Shown here: positions 16,383-24,480 of the stretch, piece by piece
How positions within the stretch are numbered: position 1 is the first letter of the stretch
Layout of the letters: every line of letters starts with the position of its first letter
Assembly (NCBI GenBank): GCA_038063455.1
Contig: JBBTVB010000002.1
Span: 129,296 to 193,295, forward strand
Origin: Patescibacteria group bacterium
GTDB taxonomy: Bacteria > Patescibacteriota > Patescibacteriia > PEXW01
Direction: 5' to 3'
DNA length: 64,000 nt
The notes under the pieces: model-generated
Database searches by the model: none
Seen by the model: only the letters and a program-made list of their open reading frames with translations
Told to the model about the DNA's origin: nothing
Program-made: the position numbers and the translations under genes

Positions 16383-16946
16383 ATGTCTATTCTCTGGATT
16401 CTCATCGCCATCGTCGCCATCGGTCTTATTTGGGTGTGGGGCGGGTACAACCGCTTGGTCAAGCTTAAAAACCAGTCCGAAGAAGCCTGGTCAGACATTG
16501 ACGTGCAGCTCAAACGCCGTTACGACTTGATCCCGAACCTGGTAAGCACGGTAAAAGGTTATGCCAGCCACGAGCAATCGGTTTTTGAAAACGTGACCAA
16601 GGCCCGCACAGCTGCTATGGGCGCCACTGGCTTTGCCGAAAAAGGCCAGGCCGAAAACATGCTCTCCCAAACCCTCAAGAGCTTGTTCGCGGTTTCGGAA
16701 AATTACCCAACGCTCAAAGCAGACCAGAACTTTGCCAAGCTGCAAGATGAACTTTCGGACACGGAAAACAAAATCCAGGCTTCCCGCCGCTTCTACAACG
16801 GCAATGTGCGAGATTTGAACACTGCAATTGAGCAGTTCCCCACCAACATGCTGGCTGGCTGGTTCAAGTTTATAAAACGCGAATTCTTTGAGCTCGAGGA
16901 AGACCAGAAAGCTGCGGCTAAAGAGCCAGTTGAAGTTAAGTTTTAA
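16383..16946 (+). CDS. lemA: LemA family protein
   Basis: 187 aa. N-terminal TM followed by YNRLVKLKNQSEEAWSDIDVQLKRRYDLIPNLV..., which is typical of LemA. Confidence 0.88.
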   Translation: MSILWILIAIVAIGLIWVWGGYNRLVKLKNQSEEAWSDIDVQLKRRYDLIPNLVSTVKGYASHEQSVFENVTKARTAAMGATGFAEKGQAENMLSQTLKSLFAVSENYPTLKADQNFAKLQDELSDTENKIQASRRFYNGNVRDLNTAIEQFPTNMLAGWFKFIKREFFELEEDQKAAAKEPVEVKF

Positions 16947-16964
16947 ATTTGCAGTTCAGACGCT

Positions 16965-16988
16965 AGCGCGGGCAGAGATGCCCGCGCT
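16965..16988 (+). terminator. GC-rich hairpin after lemA (possible terminator, no U-tract)
   Basis: agcgcgggc-agagat-gcccgcgct, a 9-bp stem. Confidence 0.3.
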
Positions 16989-17005
16989 GTGTTATATATA
17001 CATAC

Positions 17006-17902
17006 ATGACTACCTACACCCAAATTGCTAGCAACAAGCGCCGCAGCATCATTCTGGTTGCTGTTTTTATAATCATCATCGTCGGCTTGGCCTATGTGTT
17101 TAGTAAAGCCTACGAAGCCGGCCCGGGCGCTGTGGGGCTTGCCATACTCTTCTCTATCGGCATGACGCTGGTGGGCTACTACAGCGGCGACAAAGTGGCG
17201 TTGTGGACAGCGGGCGCCGTGGAAATAACCAAGGAACAAAACCCGTACCTGGTGCGGATGGTGGAAAACCTTTCGATTACTGCCGGGCTGCCCATGCCGC
17301 GCGTGCACGTAATGCAGGACGAAATGATAAACGCCTTTGCCACCGGCCGCGACCCCAAGCATGCATCTATTGCCGTGACTACCGGCGCGCTAGAAAAACT
17401 GGAGAACGAAGAATTGGAAGGTGTGCTGGCGCACGAACTCTCGCACGTCGGGAACTACGACGTACGCTTCATGACGCTCGTGGCCGTACTGGTCGGCATC
17501 ATTAGCCTGCTCGCCCACTGGTTTATCCGCTTCAACTTTTTTGGCGGCCGTCGCTCTAATAGCGACCGAGGTGGGAATGCTGCCGGCATTCTTATGATCG
17601 TTGGTATTGTACTCTCTATTCTTGCGCCCATTGCCGCTACGCTCATCCAGCTGGCCGTCTCTCGCAAACGAGAATTCCTGGCCGACGCCAGCGCCGCGCA
17701 ACTCACGCGCTTCCCCGAAGGGCTGGCCCGCGCTTTGGAAAAAATTGCAGCGCAAGACGGCAAGCTCCGCACTGCCAGCAATGCCACCGCCCACCTGTTT
17801 ATTGCGAGCCCCTTTGGTGCGGTGCATGGCCATGGCTTGAGCAAAATGTTCTCCACTCACCCGCCGGTGGAAGAGCGCATTAGTCTTTTAAGGAAAATGT
17901 AG
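17006..17902 (+). CDS. htpX: HtpX-like M48 zinc metalloprotease
   Basis: 298 aa with four TM segments, an HELSHV zinc motif, and a C-terminal STHPPVEERI. Confidence 0.9.
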   Translation: MTTYTQIASNKRRSIILVAVFIIIIVGLAYVFSKAYEAGPGAVGLAILFSIGMTLVGYYSGDKVALWTAGAVEITKEQNPYLVRMVENLSITAGLPMPRVHVMQDEMINAFATGRDPKHASIAVTTGALEKLENEELEGVLAHELSHVGNYDVRFMTLVAVLVGIISLLAHWFIRFNFFGGRRSNSDRGGNAAGILMIVGIVLSILAPIAATLIQLAVSRKREFLADASAAQLTRFPEGLARALEKIAAQDGKLRTASNATAHLFIASPFGAVHGHGLSKMFSTHPPVEERISLLRKM

Positions 17903-17906
17903 TCTC

Positions 17907-17974
17907 GCGCACCCACAGAGAGGTGCGCTCGGGTACATACCCAAACTCAAGCGCAGGTCTCTGTGCCTGCGCTT
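17907..17974 (+). terminator. Two tandem hairpins after htpX
   Basis: gcgcacc-N8-ggtgcgc (17907-17928) and aagcgcagg-N8-cctgcgctt (17949-17974). No clear U-tract. Confidence 0.35.
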
Positions 17975-18000
17975 GGTAGTGTGGGGGCGCCTAACGTTGG

Positions 18001-18039
18001 CCCAGCACCACTTTTCATAAACAGAAAAGTGGTGCTGGG
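18001..18039. repeat. Perfect 15-bp-stem inverted repeat abutting a -35 box
   Basis: cccagcaccactttt-cataaacag-aaaagtggtgctggg, immediately followed by TTGACA at 18040. Confidence 0.6.
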
Positions 18040-18068
18040 TTGACAAAACCGCTTTTTTACGCTATACT
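18040..18068 (+). promoter_or_regulatory. Consensus-like promoter of the candidate small RNA or clpC leader
   Basis: TTGACA (18040-45), a 17-nt spacer, TATACT (18063-68). Confidence 0.55.
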
Positions 18069-18074
18069 GTGTTT

Positions 18075-18209
18075 AGAAGATGAGCTTTACTGCTACATCT
18101 TAAAAAATAAAAAGTAAAATTGGCAGTTTGATACTTTATCAATTCTGCTTCAAAAATAGCTGTTTGCTTACGGACTCGTGACTCACCATAGTGCGAGTCC
18201 TGTTTTTTT
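18075..18209 (+). ncRNA. Candidate small RNA of about 135 nt, or a terminated leader (attenuator) upstream of clpC
   Basis: Bounded by the promoter above and the intrinsic terminator at 18172-18209. AT-rich, unlike its surroundings. The only ORF is 7 codons without an SD. No known RNA family recognised. Confidence 0.4.
18172..18209 (+). terminator. Rho-independent terminator
   Basis: ggactcg-N15-cgagtcc, followed by tg and then seven T (18203-18209). Confidence 0.65.
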
Positions 18210-18226
18210 ATATCCAAAAATATGGA

Positions 18227-18255
18227 TTGACGTGGTAGACTTGGGCTGCTAGTAT
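18227..18255 (+). promoter_or_regulatory. clpC-proximal promoter (near-leaderless transcript)
   Basis: TTGACG (18227-32), 17 nt, TAGTAT (18250-55). The clpC ATG at 18267 lies only 11 nt after the -10 box. Confidence 0.45.
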
Positions 18256-18266
18256 CCTTAGAACCT

Positions 18267-20744
18267 ATGCAACCTATCCTGAACAAGTTCACCACCCACC
18301 TGCGCGAAGTGCTGCAGAAGGCCACGAACTTCGCCACGGGCAACCGCGCCACCACTGTTGGCCCGGAGCATTTGCTGTACGCGCTCGGGGTGCAGAAAGG
18401 CTCGATTGCCTACGAAATCCTGCAGAAAGCCGGGGTGCACTTGGACACCATCCGCCAGACCATTCAAACGCGCGATGGCGTAACGGATGTAACCACGCTA
18501 ACTGCCAAACCGACGCTGTCGGCCGAGAGCAAGGCTGCCATTCAAAAAGGCGCGCTCATTGCCGCCAAGTACCACCACCGCTACATTGGTACCGAGCACA
18601 TGCTGTACGGCTTACTCAAGCTGGAAAGCGCCTTTGTGGCGCGCATGTGGCGCGAGCAAAAAGTGGACGCCGGCGAAATGCTCAACCAAGTCGTCCTCGT
18701 CCTGCGCTCCACCACGAAGTTCCCAGATATCACCGAACTCTTTGAAGAAGAAAAAGAGGAAGGCAAAGAAAAGAAGCGTGATTCCAAAACCCCGGCCCTC
18801 GACTTCTTCGCCACCGACCTAACCAACGCCAAACTCCAGGCTGGCATTGATCCGGTTATCGGCCGCGGTAACGAACTGGAACGCCTCATCCACATTCTTT
18901 CCCGCCGCACCAAGAACAACCCGGTGCTGCTGGGCGACCCGGGCGTGGGCAAAACTGCGATCGTGGAAGGCTTAGCCAAAAAAATTCTTGCTGGCACCGT
19001 GCCGGACGTTTTACTCGGGAAGCGCATCCTGCGGCTCGACCTATCCTTAATTGTTGCGGGTACCATGTACCGCGGCGAGTTTGAATCGCGCCTCAAGCAA
19101 ATTATTGACGAGATTACCGCAGATACAAATTTAATTGTGTTCATCGACGAAATCCATACCATTATTGGTGCGGGCTCGGCTTCCGGCTCCATGGACGCTG
19201 CCAACATTCTGAAGCCGGCTTTGGCGCGGGGTGAGCTGCGGGTCATTGGCGCCACGACGCTGGACGAGTACCGCAAGCATATTGAGTCTGACGCGGCGTT
19301 AGAACGCCGCTTCCAGCCGATTATCGTAAACGAGCCGTCAACCGAAGAAACCGTAAAAATCCTGCAGGGCCTAAAGAGCAACTACGAAAAATTCCACCGC
19401 GTGCATATTACCGACGAGGCCATTACTGCGGCCGTGGAATTTTCCGAACGGTACATCCAGGATAAATTCCTACCCGATAAAGCCATTGACCTAATCGACG
19501 AAGCCGCGGCCAAGCGCAAGGTGGAGCTAGGTAACTCCCCGGAAATCCGGAAGCAGCGGGATTTGGAAACGCAAATTGCCGAACTGGACCAGCAAAAGCA
19601 CCAGGCTGTGCTCGACGAACGCTTTGACGATGCTTTGCAGCTCAAGGCCAGCAGCGACAAGCTGGTTGAACGCTTGCACCAGGCTAGCCAAACCAAGGCC
19701 AACCAGAAGCCACTAGGGGCAATTACCCGACAAGACATTGCCGATGTGGTGCACCGCATGACCAACGTCCCGCTGAAAGACCTGGTGAGTGCCGAGCGCG
19801 ACCGTTTGCTGAAGCTGGAAACTAGCCTCCGCCAACACGTGGTGGGGCAGGAAGAAGCCATCGCTGCCATAGCGGATGCTATTCGGCGCTCCCGCGTTGG
19901 CTTGCGCAACCACAACCGGCCCATTGGCTCGTTTATCTTTATGGGCCCTAGCGGCGTGGGCAAAACCGAGACCGCCAAAGTACTGGCGCGCGAAATATTC
20001 GAAGACGAGAGCGCGCTCATACGCATCGACATGTCCGAGTTTGGCGAGAGCTTTAACACCTCCAAACTCATTGGCGCGCCGGCAGGGTATGTGGGCTACA
20101 AAGAAGGGAACAAGCTCACCGAGCCCGTCCGCCGCAAGCCCTACTCCGTGGTGCTGTTTGACGAGGTCGAGAAGGCCCACCCCGACGTGTTCAACTTGCT
20201 GCTGCAAGTGCTGGAAGACGGCCACCTGACTGATGCCAGCGGCAAGCAGGTCAACTTTAAGAACACCATCATTATCTTCACCAGCAACGTCGGTTTGGAA
20301 AGTTTGAACCAGAATGCCAAACTCGGTTTTGATACGGCTTCGCAGGACGTGCAGAAGAAAGCAGCTGAAGAATTCGCCGAAGTGAGCAAACAGGTCACCA
20401 GCCAGCTGCACGAGCAGTTCCGGCCTGAGTTCTTGAATCGTATCGACAAAATCGTGGTGTTCCGCCCGCTCACGGCCAAGGATGTAAAAAAGATTGTCCT
20501 GCTGCAAGTGGCTGAACTCCAAAAACTGGCCGCAGCCCAAGGCTATAAACTCACGGTCACGCCCTCGGCGATGCAACGCATTGCCGAGCTGGGTTTCTCG
20601 CCCGAACAAGGCGCGCGCGCTATCCGCAAGGTTATTCAGGATGACGTGGAAAACCCCCTGGCTCGTGCCCTACTAGAGGGCAAGTTTGCCAAGGGTGCCA
20701 ACGTGAAAGTCCACGCCGGCAAAAAGGGGTTTACTATTTCCTAA
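18267..20744 (+). CDS. clpC: ClpC-type AAA+ chaperone (Clp ATPase subunit)
   Basis: 825 aa: two Clp_N repeats, D1 Walker A GDPGVGKT, a UVR-like linker, D2 Walker A GPSGVGKTE, and an LGF loop. Confidence 0.92.
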   Translation: MQPILNKFTTHLREVLQKATNFATGNRATTVGPEHLLYALGVQKGSIAYEILQKAGVHLDTIRQTIQTRDGVTDVTTLTAKPTLSAESKAAIQKGALIAAKYHHRYIGTEHMLYGLLKLESAFVARMWREQKVDAGEMLNQVVLVLRSTTKFPDITELFEEEKEEGKEKKRDSKTPALDFFATDLTNAKLQAGIDPVIGRGNELERLIHILSRRTKNNPVLLGDPGVGKTAIVEGLAKKILAGTVPDVLLGKRILRLDLSLIVAGTMYRGEFESRLKQIIDEITADTNLIVFIDEIHTIIGAGSASGSMDAANILKPALARGELRVIGATTLDEYRKHIESDAALERRFQPIIVNEPSTEETVKILQGLKSNYEKFHRVHITDEAITAAVEFSERYIQDKFLPDKAIDLIDEAAAKRKVELGNSPEIRKQRDLETQIAELDQQKHQAVLDERFDDALQLKASSDKLVERLHQASQTKANQKPLGAITRQDIADVVHRMTNVPLKDLVSAERDRLLKLETSLRQHVVGQEEAIAAIADAIRRSRVGLRNHNRPIGSFIFMGPSGVGKTETAKVLAREIFEDESALIRIDMSEFGESFNTSKLIGAPAGYVGYKEGNKLTEPVRRKPYSVVLFDEVEKAHPDVFNLLLQVLEDGHLTDASGKQVNFKNTIIIFTSNVGLESLNQNAKLGFDTASQDVQKKAAEEFAEVSKQVTSQLHEQFRPEFLNRIDKIVVFRPLTAKDVKKIVLLQVAELQKLAAAQGYKLTVTPSAMQRIAELGFSPEQGARAIRKVIQDDVENPLARALLEGKFAKGANVKVHAGKKGFTIS

Positions 20745-20747
20745 CCT

Positions 20748-21401
20748 ATGCCAGTGCTTACTGCATTCCGCCGTGCCCTGCACACGAGTGGTAGATTTTT
20801 GCTAGACGCGCTGGCGCCGCTGCGCTGCGTGGGCTGCAATCGCATTGGCACTATTGCCTGCCCCGACTGCTTGGCAAAAGCGCAAACCACGGTAACCACC
20901 ACACCTGGGCCAGAACTACTGGTGAGCATTACCTCGGCCGTGGAATATCAAAATGATTTTGCGCAGCGGCTGGTGCACGCCCTAAAGTACGACCACATCC
21001 GTGACGCAGTGGTGCCACTTGCCAACTGGCTGATTCCGGCAGTACAAACCGTGCACCAACCAGGTGACGTACTGGTGCCAGTCCCTTTGCATGCTCGTCG
21101 CCTGCGCCAGCGCGGGTTTAATCAGAGTGAAGAGCTGGCGAAAAAAGTGAGCGTCGCACTAAACATTCCAATCGTCTATGCCGTCCAGCGCAACCTAAAC
21201 ACCAAACCGCAGGTGGAGTGTGATGGTGAGGAGCGCCGCAAGAACCTGCACGAAGCCTTTACCGCGACTCGAGTTGATGCAAAGCGAATAATCCTTATTG
21301 ATGACGTGACAACCACGGGCTCAACCTTTGTAGAAATTGCTAAGGCAATCAAAAAAGCTAGCAACGTGCCGGTGCTTGGCGTAGCTGTGGGGCGGGGGTA
21401 A
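20748..21401 (+). CDS. comFC: ComF family protein (ComFC, PRTase-like competence protein)
   Basis: 217 aa with an N-terminal CVGC...CPDC zinc finger and a PRTase motif ILIDDVTTTGST. Confidence 0.85.
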   Translation: MPVLTAFRRALHTSGRFLLDALAPLRCVGCNRIGTIACPDCLAKAQTTVTTTPGPELLVSITSAVEYQNDFAQRLVHALKYDHIRDAVVPLANWLIPAVQTVHQPGDVLVPVPLHARRLRQRGFNQSEELAKKVSVALNIPIVYAVQRNLNTKPQVECDGEERRKNLHEAFTATRVDAKRIILIDDVTTTGSTFVEIAKAIKKASNVPVLGVAVGRG

Positions 21402-21411
21402 GACTCACATT

Positions 21412-21990
21412 TTAAGCTAACCGCTTTTTCACCCGCACATAGTACAAAATGCCGAGGAAGGAGATAGTCGCAAAAACCACCATGAAAGAGATCAGGGCTT
21501 TAAATCCAAAGGTAGCGGCAACAACACCGCCAACTATTGCAGCGACACCAGCAAAAATATCCTGTAGGGCTTCAAAAATCCCCCATTCGTAAGATTTAAT
21601 CTTTTTATCAGTATGGTCGTCGAGTTCGGCGTCAAAGGCTGGGTTTGCAATTGCATTACCCAAAGCAACAATAACTTGAGCAACAAAGAGTGTTAGGGTA
21701 TTGGAAATAAAGAAATAAAATGCCACGCCCACAACCCAAAGCAACCAGCCGTAAACGAGCAGTTGCATGCGGTGGGTTTGGCTCCATCTCGTCCGGTGGA
21801 TAAATATGGTTGTTACCCCGCTCACCACTAAAAATATAGCTATAGCACCGGATGCTTCGAGTATGTCACCGCCAATCTGCTGAACAAAAACAGCGTAAAT
21901 GGGCAGAATAATTCCCTCCGAAAACGTCGAGAGCGCGTATGAAGATACGAGAACCCTAAACAGTCGGTTGGTTTTAATTTTCGGTTTCAT
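21412..21990 (-). CDS. Six-TM membrane protein (resembles half of an MFS transporter)
   Basis: 192 aa and strongly hydrophobic, with loose similarity to the N-terminal half of the MFS protein at 53878-55074. Lies in an AT-richer patch. Confidence 0.55.
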   Translation of the reverse strand: MKPKIKTNRLFRVLVSSYALSTFSEGIILPIYAVFVQQIGGDILEASGAIAIFLVVSGVTTIFIHRTRWSQTHRMQLLVYGWLLWVVGVAFYFFISNTLTLFVAQVIVALGNAIANPAFDAELDDHTDKKIKSYEWGIFEALQDIFAGVAAIVGGVVAATFGFKALISFMVVFATISFLGILYYVRVKKRLA

Positions 21991-22123
21991 GAAAATATAA
22001 ATTTAGAAACGTACCTAAAAAGTATACCATTCTTTGGTGGCGCCATAAGTAAAAAATGAAAGCTCGAAGAACGTCTCACTTAGTATAAACAATTTTGAAG
22101 AAGTCCGATCCTTGGTGACACAC

Positions 22124-22579
22124 CTAGTTTTCAGCCCTAATTTTCATGAGGATTGCACAAAAAGTTTTCGCTGGTAAGCATGTAGTGCTTGGTTCTGGAT
22201 CTGGAAGAATATGAGTTAACCTAAGACCTTTACTTGCAACTAATGCTTTTTGTGCATCAGGATTCTGTTTAAATTTTGCCCTTAAGGCTCGTTCAATAAG
22301 CGCATGTTCTTGTGGGGAGCCAAAGATTATTTCTTTTCCTTGCCACCAAACGAATTTCTTGTCCTGCTCCTCTCCGAACTTTTTTGCTTCACTGCCCCAG
22401 GCTTTAAATGCAGCTACTCTTCTCCGGTCACCTTCTGGAAATGCTATCCCTTGAATGAAGCCTTCAACGCTTGCAAAATTTTGACCATCAAGAGTAAAAG
22501 GATGGTGAGAAAAATTACTCAAAAGACGTCCACGTGGATCGTCAGACTTGCTATACACATTGAGGGTATTATTTTCCAT
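22124..22579 (-). CDS. NADAR (YbiA/DUF1768-like) domain protein
   Basis: 151 aa. LSNFSHHPFTLDGQNFASVEGFIQGIAF ... RALRAKFKQNPDAQKALVASKGLRLTH matches the NADAR pattern from memory. Confidence 0.55.
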   Translation of the reverse strand: MENNTLNVYSKSDDPRGRLLSNFSHHPFTLDGQNFASVEGFIQGIAFPEGDRRRVAAFKAWGSEAKKFGEEQDKKFVWWQGKEIIFGSPQEHALIERALRAKFKQNPDAQKALVASKGLRLTHILPDPEPSTTCLPAKTFCAILMKIRAEN

Positions 22580-22662
22580 AACAGGTCTTATTTCTATCTA
22601 CCTGAAGCATGGGTCACATCCGATAAATAAGTTCTCTTGGCGGTGGGGGCAACAAGTTAGAT

Positions 22663-23214
22663 CTACTTACTTTTAAGCCCATTCTTACCAAGTATGCGCT
22701 TCCTAAATTCGCTCACAGTCATGAGGGTTTTCATGTCTTTCATTCTATCCACGAAAACCACGCCATTGAGATGGTCAATTTCGTGCTGAAAAACCCGCGC
22801 CTGAAAGCCGGTAAACTTTTTTACCTGTAACTTCCCGAGGGCATCGTAGTAGCGAACGGTAATTTCGGTAGACCGTGGTACCAACCCTCGTACGCCATCA
22901 AGACTTAGACACCCTTCCCAGTCGTAGGCAACTTTTCTGGAGTAACGAGTAATCTTAGGATTAATGATTACCTGCGGGGCGAGTGGATTCACTTGCGGCC
23001 GAACGGTGCTTTTCTGTATCTCGATAACCGCCAGCTGCCATGGCTGGTTGATTTGCGGAGCCGCCAGCCCCACACCCTGGGATTCCCGCATAGTAAAAAA
23101 CATGTTCGCAATCAATTGCTGGAACTTTATCGTCTTCACTTTCTGCAGATTAACTATTGCCGCCTTTTTTCTTAGGATAGGGTTTCCAAACTGGGTCTTC
23201 TGCAAGAGTTTCAT
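22663..23214 (-). CDS. def: Peptide deformylase
   Basis: 183 aa with the three PDF motifs GVGLAAPQI, EGCLS and HEIDHL. Confidence 0.92.
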   Translation of the reverse strand: MKLLQKTQFGNPILRKKAAIVNLQKVKTIKFQQLIANMFFTMRESQGVGLAAPQINQPWQLAVIEIQKSTVRPQVNPLAPQVIINPKITRYSRKVAYDWEGCLSLDGVRGLVPRSTEITVRYYDALGKLQVKKFTGFQARVFQHEIDHLNGVVFVDRMKDMKTLMTVSEFRKRILGKNGLKSK

Positions 23215-23253
23215 GGGGTATACGTTGTGTCCATATAGTCCATAGTATCACCT

Positions 23254-23347
23254 TGGCGGAGAGGGAGAGATTCGAACTCTCGATAAGGCTTTAACACCCT
23301 ATAACAGGTTAGCAACCTGCCGCCTTCAGCCACTCGGCCACCTCTCC
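23254..23347 (-). tRNA. tRNA-Ser (anticodon GCT), CCA encoded
   Basis: Manual fold: acceptor GGAGAGG/CCTCTCC, anticodon loop TTGCTAA, long variable arm, T-loop TTCGAAT. Confidence 0.9.
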
Positions 23348-23394
23348 TCCAAGGTAATACTAAAGGGACTAAACCATGATATACTGAGTCGCGT

Positions 23395-23898
23395 ATGGCC
23401 CAGAATACCAGCGAAACCGAAACCCTACAAGGCCAGACACTCCTCAGCTGGGAGTTTCCGTCTTTTGAGGTGCACGACCGCCGCCTGGGTTGGTACGTTG
23501 GGATGGTAACTTTAGGCGTGGGACTCATTGTCTACGGCCTGCTACAACGGAATTTTTTGCTACCAGTTATTGTCCTGCTTATAGCAATTATTATCGTTTC
23601 GCGGCAATACGTGCAGCCGCAGCGGGTGCATTTTAGCGTCACCGAAGACGGCGTGATCATTGGCGAACGATCTTTCCGCTTTCGAGAATTCGGGCAATTT
23701 TGGATTGCCTACGAACCGCCGAAAGTAAAACTGCTGTACCTAGAGTTTAAAAGCGGGGTCCGACCGAGCTACGCCATCCCACTTTTGGAGCAAAACCCAC
23801 TACGCATCCGAACAGTACTCCAGAAGTACATTCGGGAAGACCTGGAGCGGGAAGCTGAGGACCTGACAGACCGTTTAGGACGATATTTCAAGATTTAG
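23395..23898 (+). CDS. Two-TM membrane protein, function unknown
   Basis: 167 aa: a TM hairpin, then a domain of about 90 aa with a charged C-terminus. No family recognised. Confidence 0.6.
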   Translation: MAQNTSETETLQGQTLLSWEFPSFEVHDRRLGWYVGMVTLGVGLIVYGLLQRNFLLPVIVLLIAIIIVSRQYVQPQRVHFSVTEDGVIIGERSFRFREFGQFWIAYEPPKVKLLYLEFKSGVRPSYAIPLLEQNPLRIRTVLQKYIREDLEREAEDLTDRLGRYFKI

Positions 23899-24044
23899 CC
23901 TTGCCAACCTCTGCCTAGGTATGGTACGCAGAGTAGGTTCTCTTTGTGCGCGCCCGTAGTCCCGGCTGGCATTAGAAACTAGTCCATCAGGAAAAGTTTG
24001 AAAATATCCGCCTGGCCTACGCTCGAGAAAAAGAGTTAAAGGCC

Positions 24045-24073
24045 TTGAAGAAACGCGCAGCAATTGAGAGAAT
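24045..24073 (+). promoter_or_regulatory. Possible promoter for the tRNA-Arg / tRNA-Ser / recG unit
   Basis: TTGAAG, 17 nt, GAGAAT. The predicted start falls 1-3 nt before the mature tRNA 5' end. Confidence 0.3.
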
Positions 24074-24081
24074 TATCTTGC

Positions 24082-24158
24082 GCGCTCGTAGCTCAGCTGG
24101 ATAGAGCGCAAGCTTGCGGAGCTTGAGGTCGCAGGTTCAACTCCTGCCGAGCGCACCA
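24082..24158 (+). tRNA. tRNA-Arg with anticodon GCG, CCA encoded
   Basis: Manual fold: acceptor GCGCTCG/CGAGCGC, D-arm GCTC/GAGC, anticodon stem CAAGC/GCTTG, loop TTGCGGA, T-loop TTCAACT. Confidence 0.85.
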
Positions 24159-24242
24159 TGAACCACTCACGTTGTTCGAGTTCATGGCGAGCCACGTCTT
24201 AAAACACGTAGCGCCCGCCAAACCAATAAGGAAAGTGGTTCA

Positions 24243-24278
24243 TGCCCTGAACCGGAACGTAGCGACTGGTTCAGGGCA
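24243..24278. repeat. Hairpin repeat, copy 2
   Basis: tgccctgaacc-ggaacgtagcgact-ggttcagggca. The loop matches copy 1 at 3300-3335 apart from one R position. Confidence 0.6.
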
Positions 24279-24365
24279 CTTTACCCCACGAACGCGTGCT
24301 CCTCACTGCGTTCGTCCGCGCCACGTTCGCGGGGACCCCAGGGTGTATCATCATCATTTACATTT

Positions 24366-24454
24366 GGTGGGATGGCGGAGTGGTCTATCGCGCTGGTCTT
24401 GAAAACCAGAAGGGTGAATAGCCCTCGGAAGTTCGAATCTTCCTCCCACCGCCA
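24366..24454 (+). tRNA. tRNA-Ser (anticodon TGA), CCA encoded
   Basis: Manual fold: acceptor GGTGGGA/TCCCACC, anticodon loop CTTGAAA, long variable arm, T-loop TTCGAAT. Confidence 0.9.
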
Positions 24455-24480
24455 TTCCTGCATAGTGTATCCTTACAGAT

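Noticed and set aside
18080-18103. 7-codon ORF (MSFTATS) as a leader peptide of the clpC-upstream RNA
   Set aside because: There is no SD, and no run of regulatory codons typical of attenuation peptides. It is noted only as part of the candidate RNA.
18581-20609. Long antisense ORFs (266, 229 and 298 aa) opposite clpC. Similar cases occur opposite pilT (2208..2957), the giant gene (for example 46433..47872, 479 aa) and the LysM-M23 gene (59375..60082).
   Set aside because: These are typical stop-poor shadow frames of GC-rich coding sequence. Their products are Arg/Ala/Gly-rich with no motifs, and each lies fully inside a well-supported gene on the other strand.
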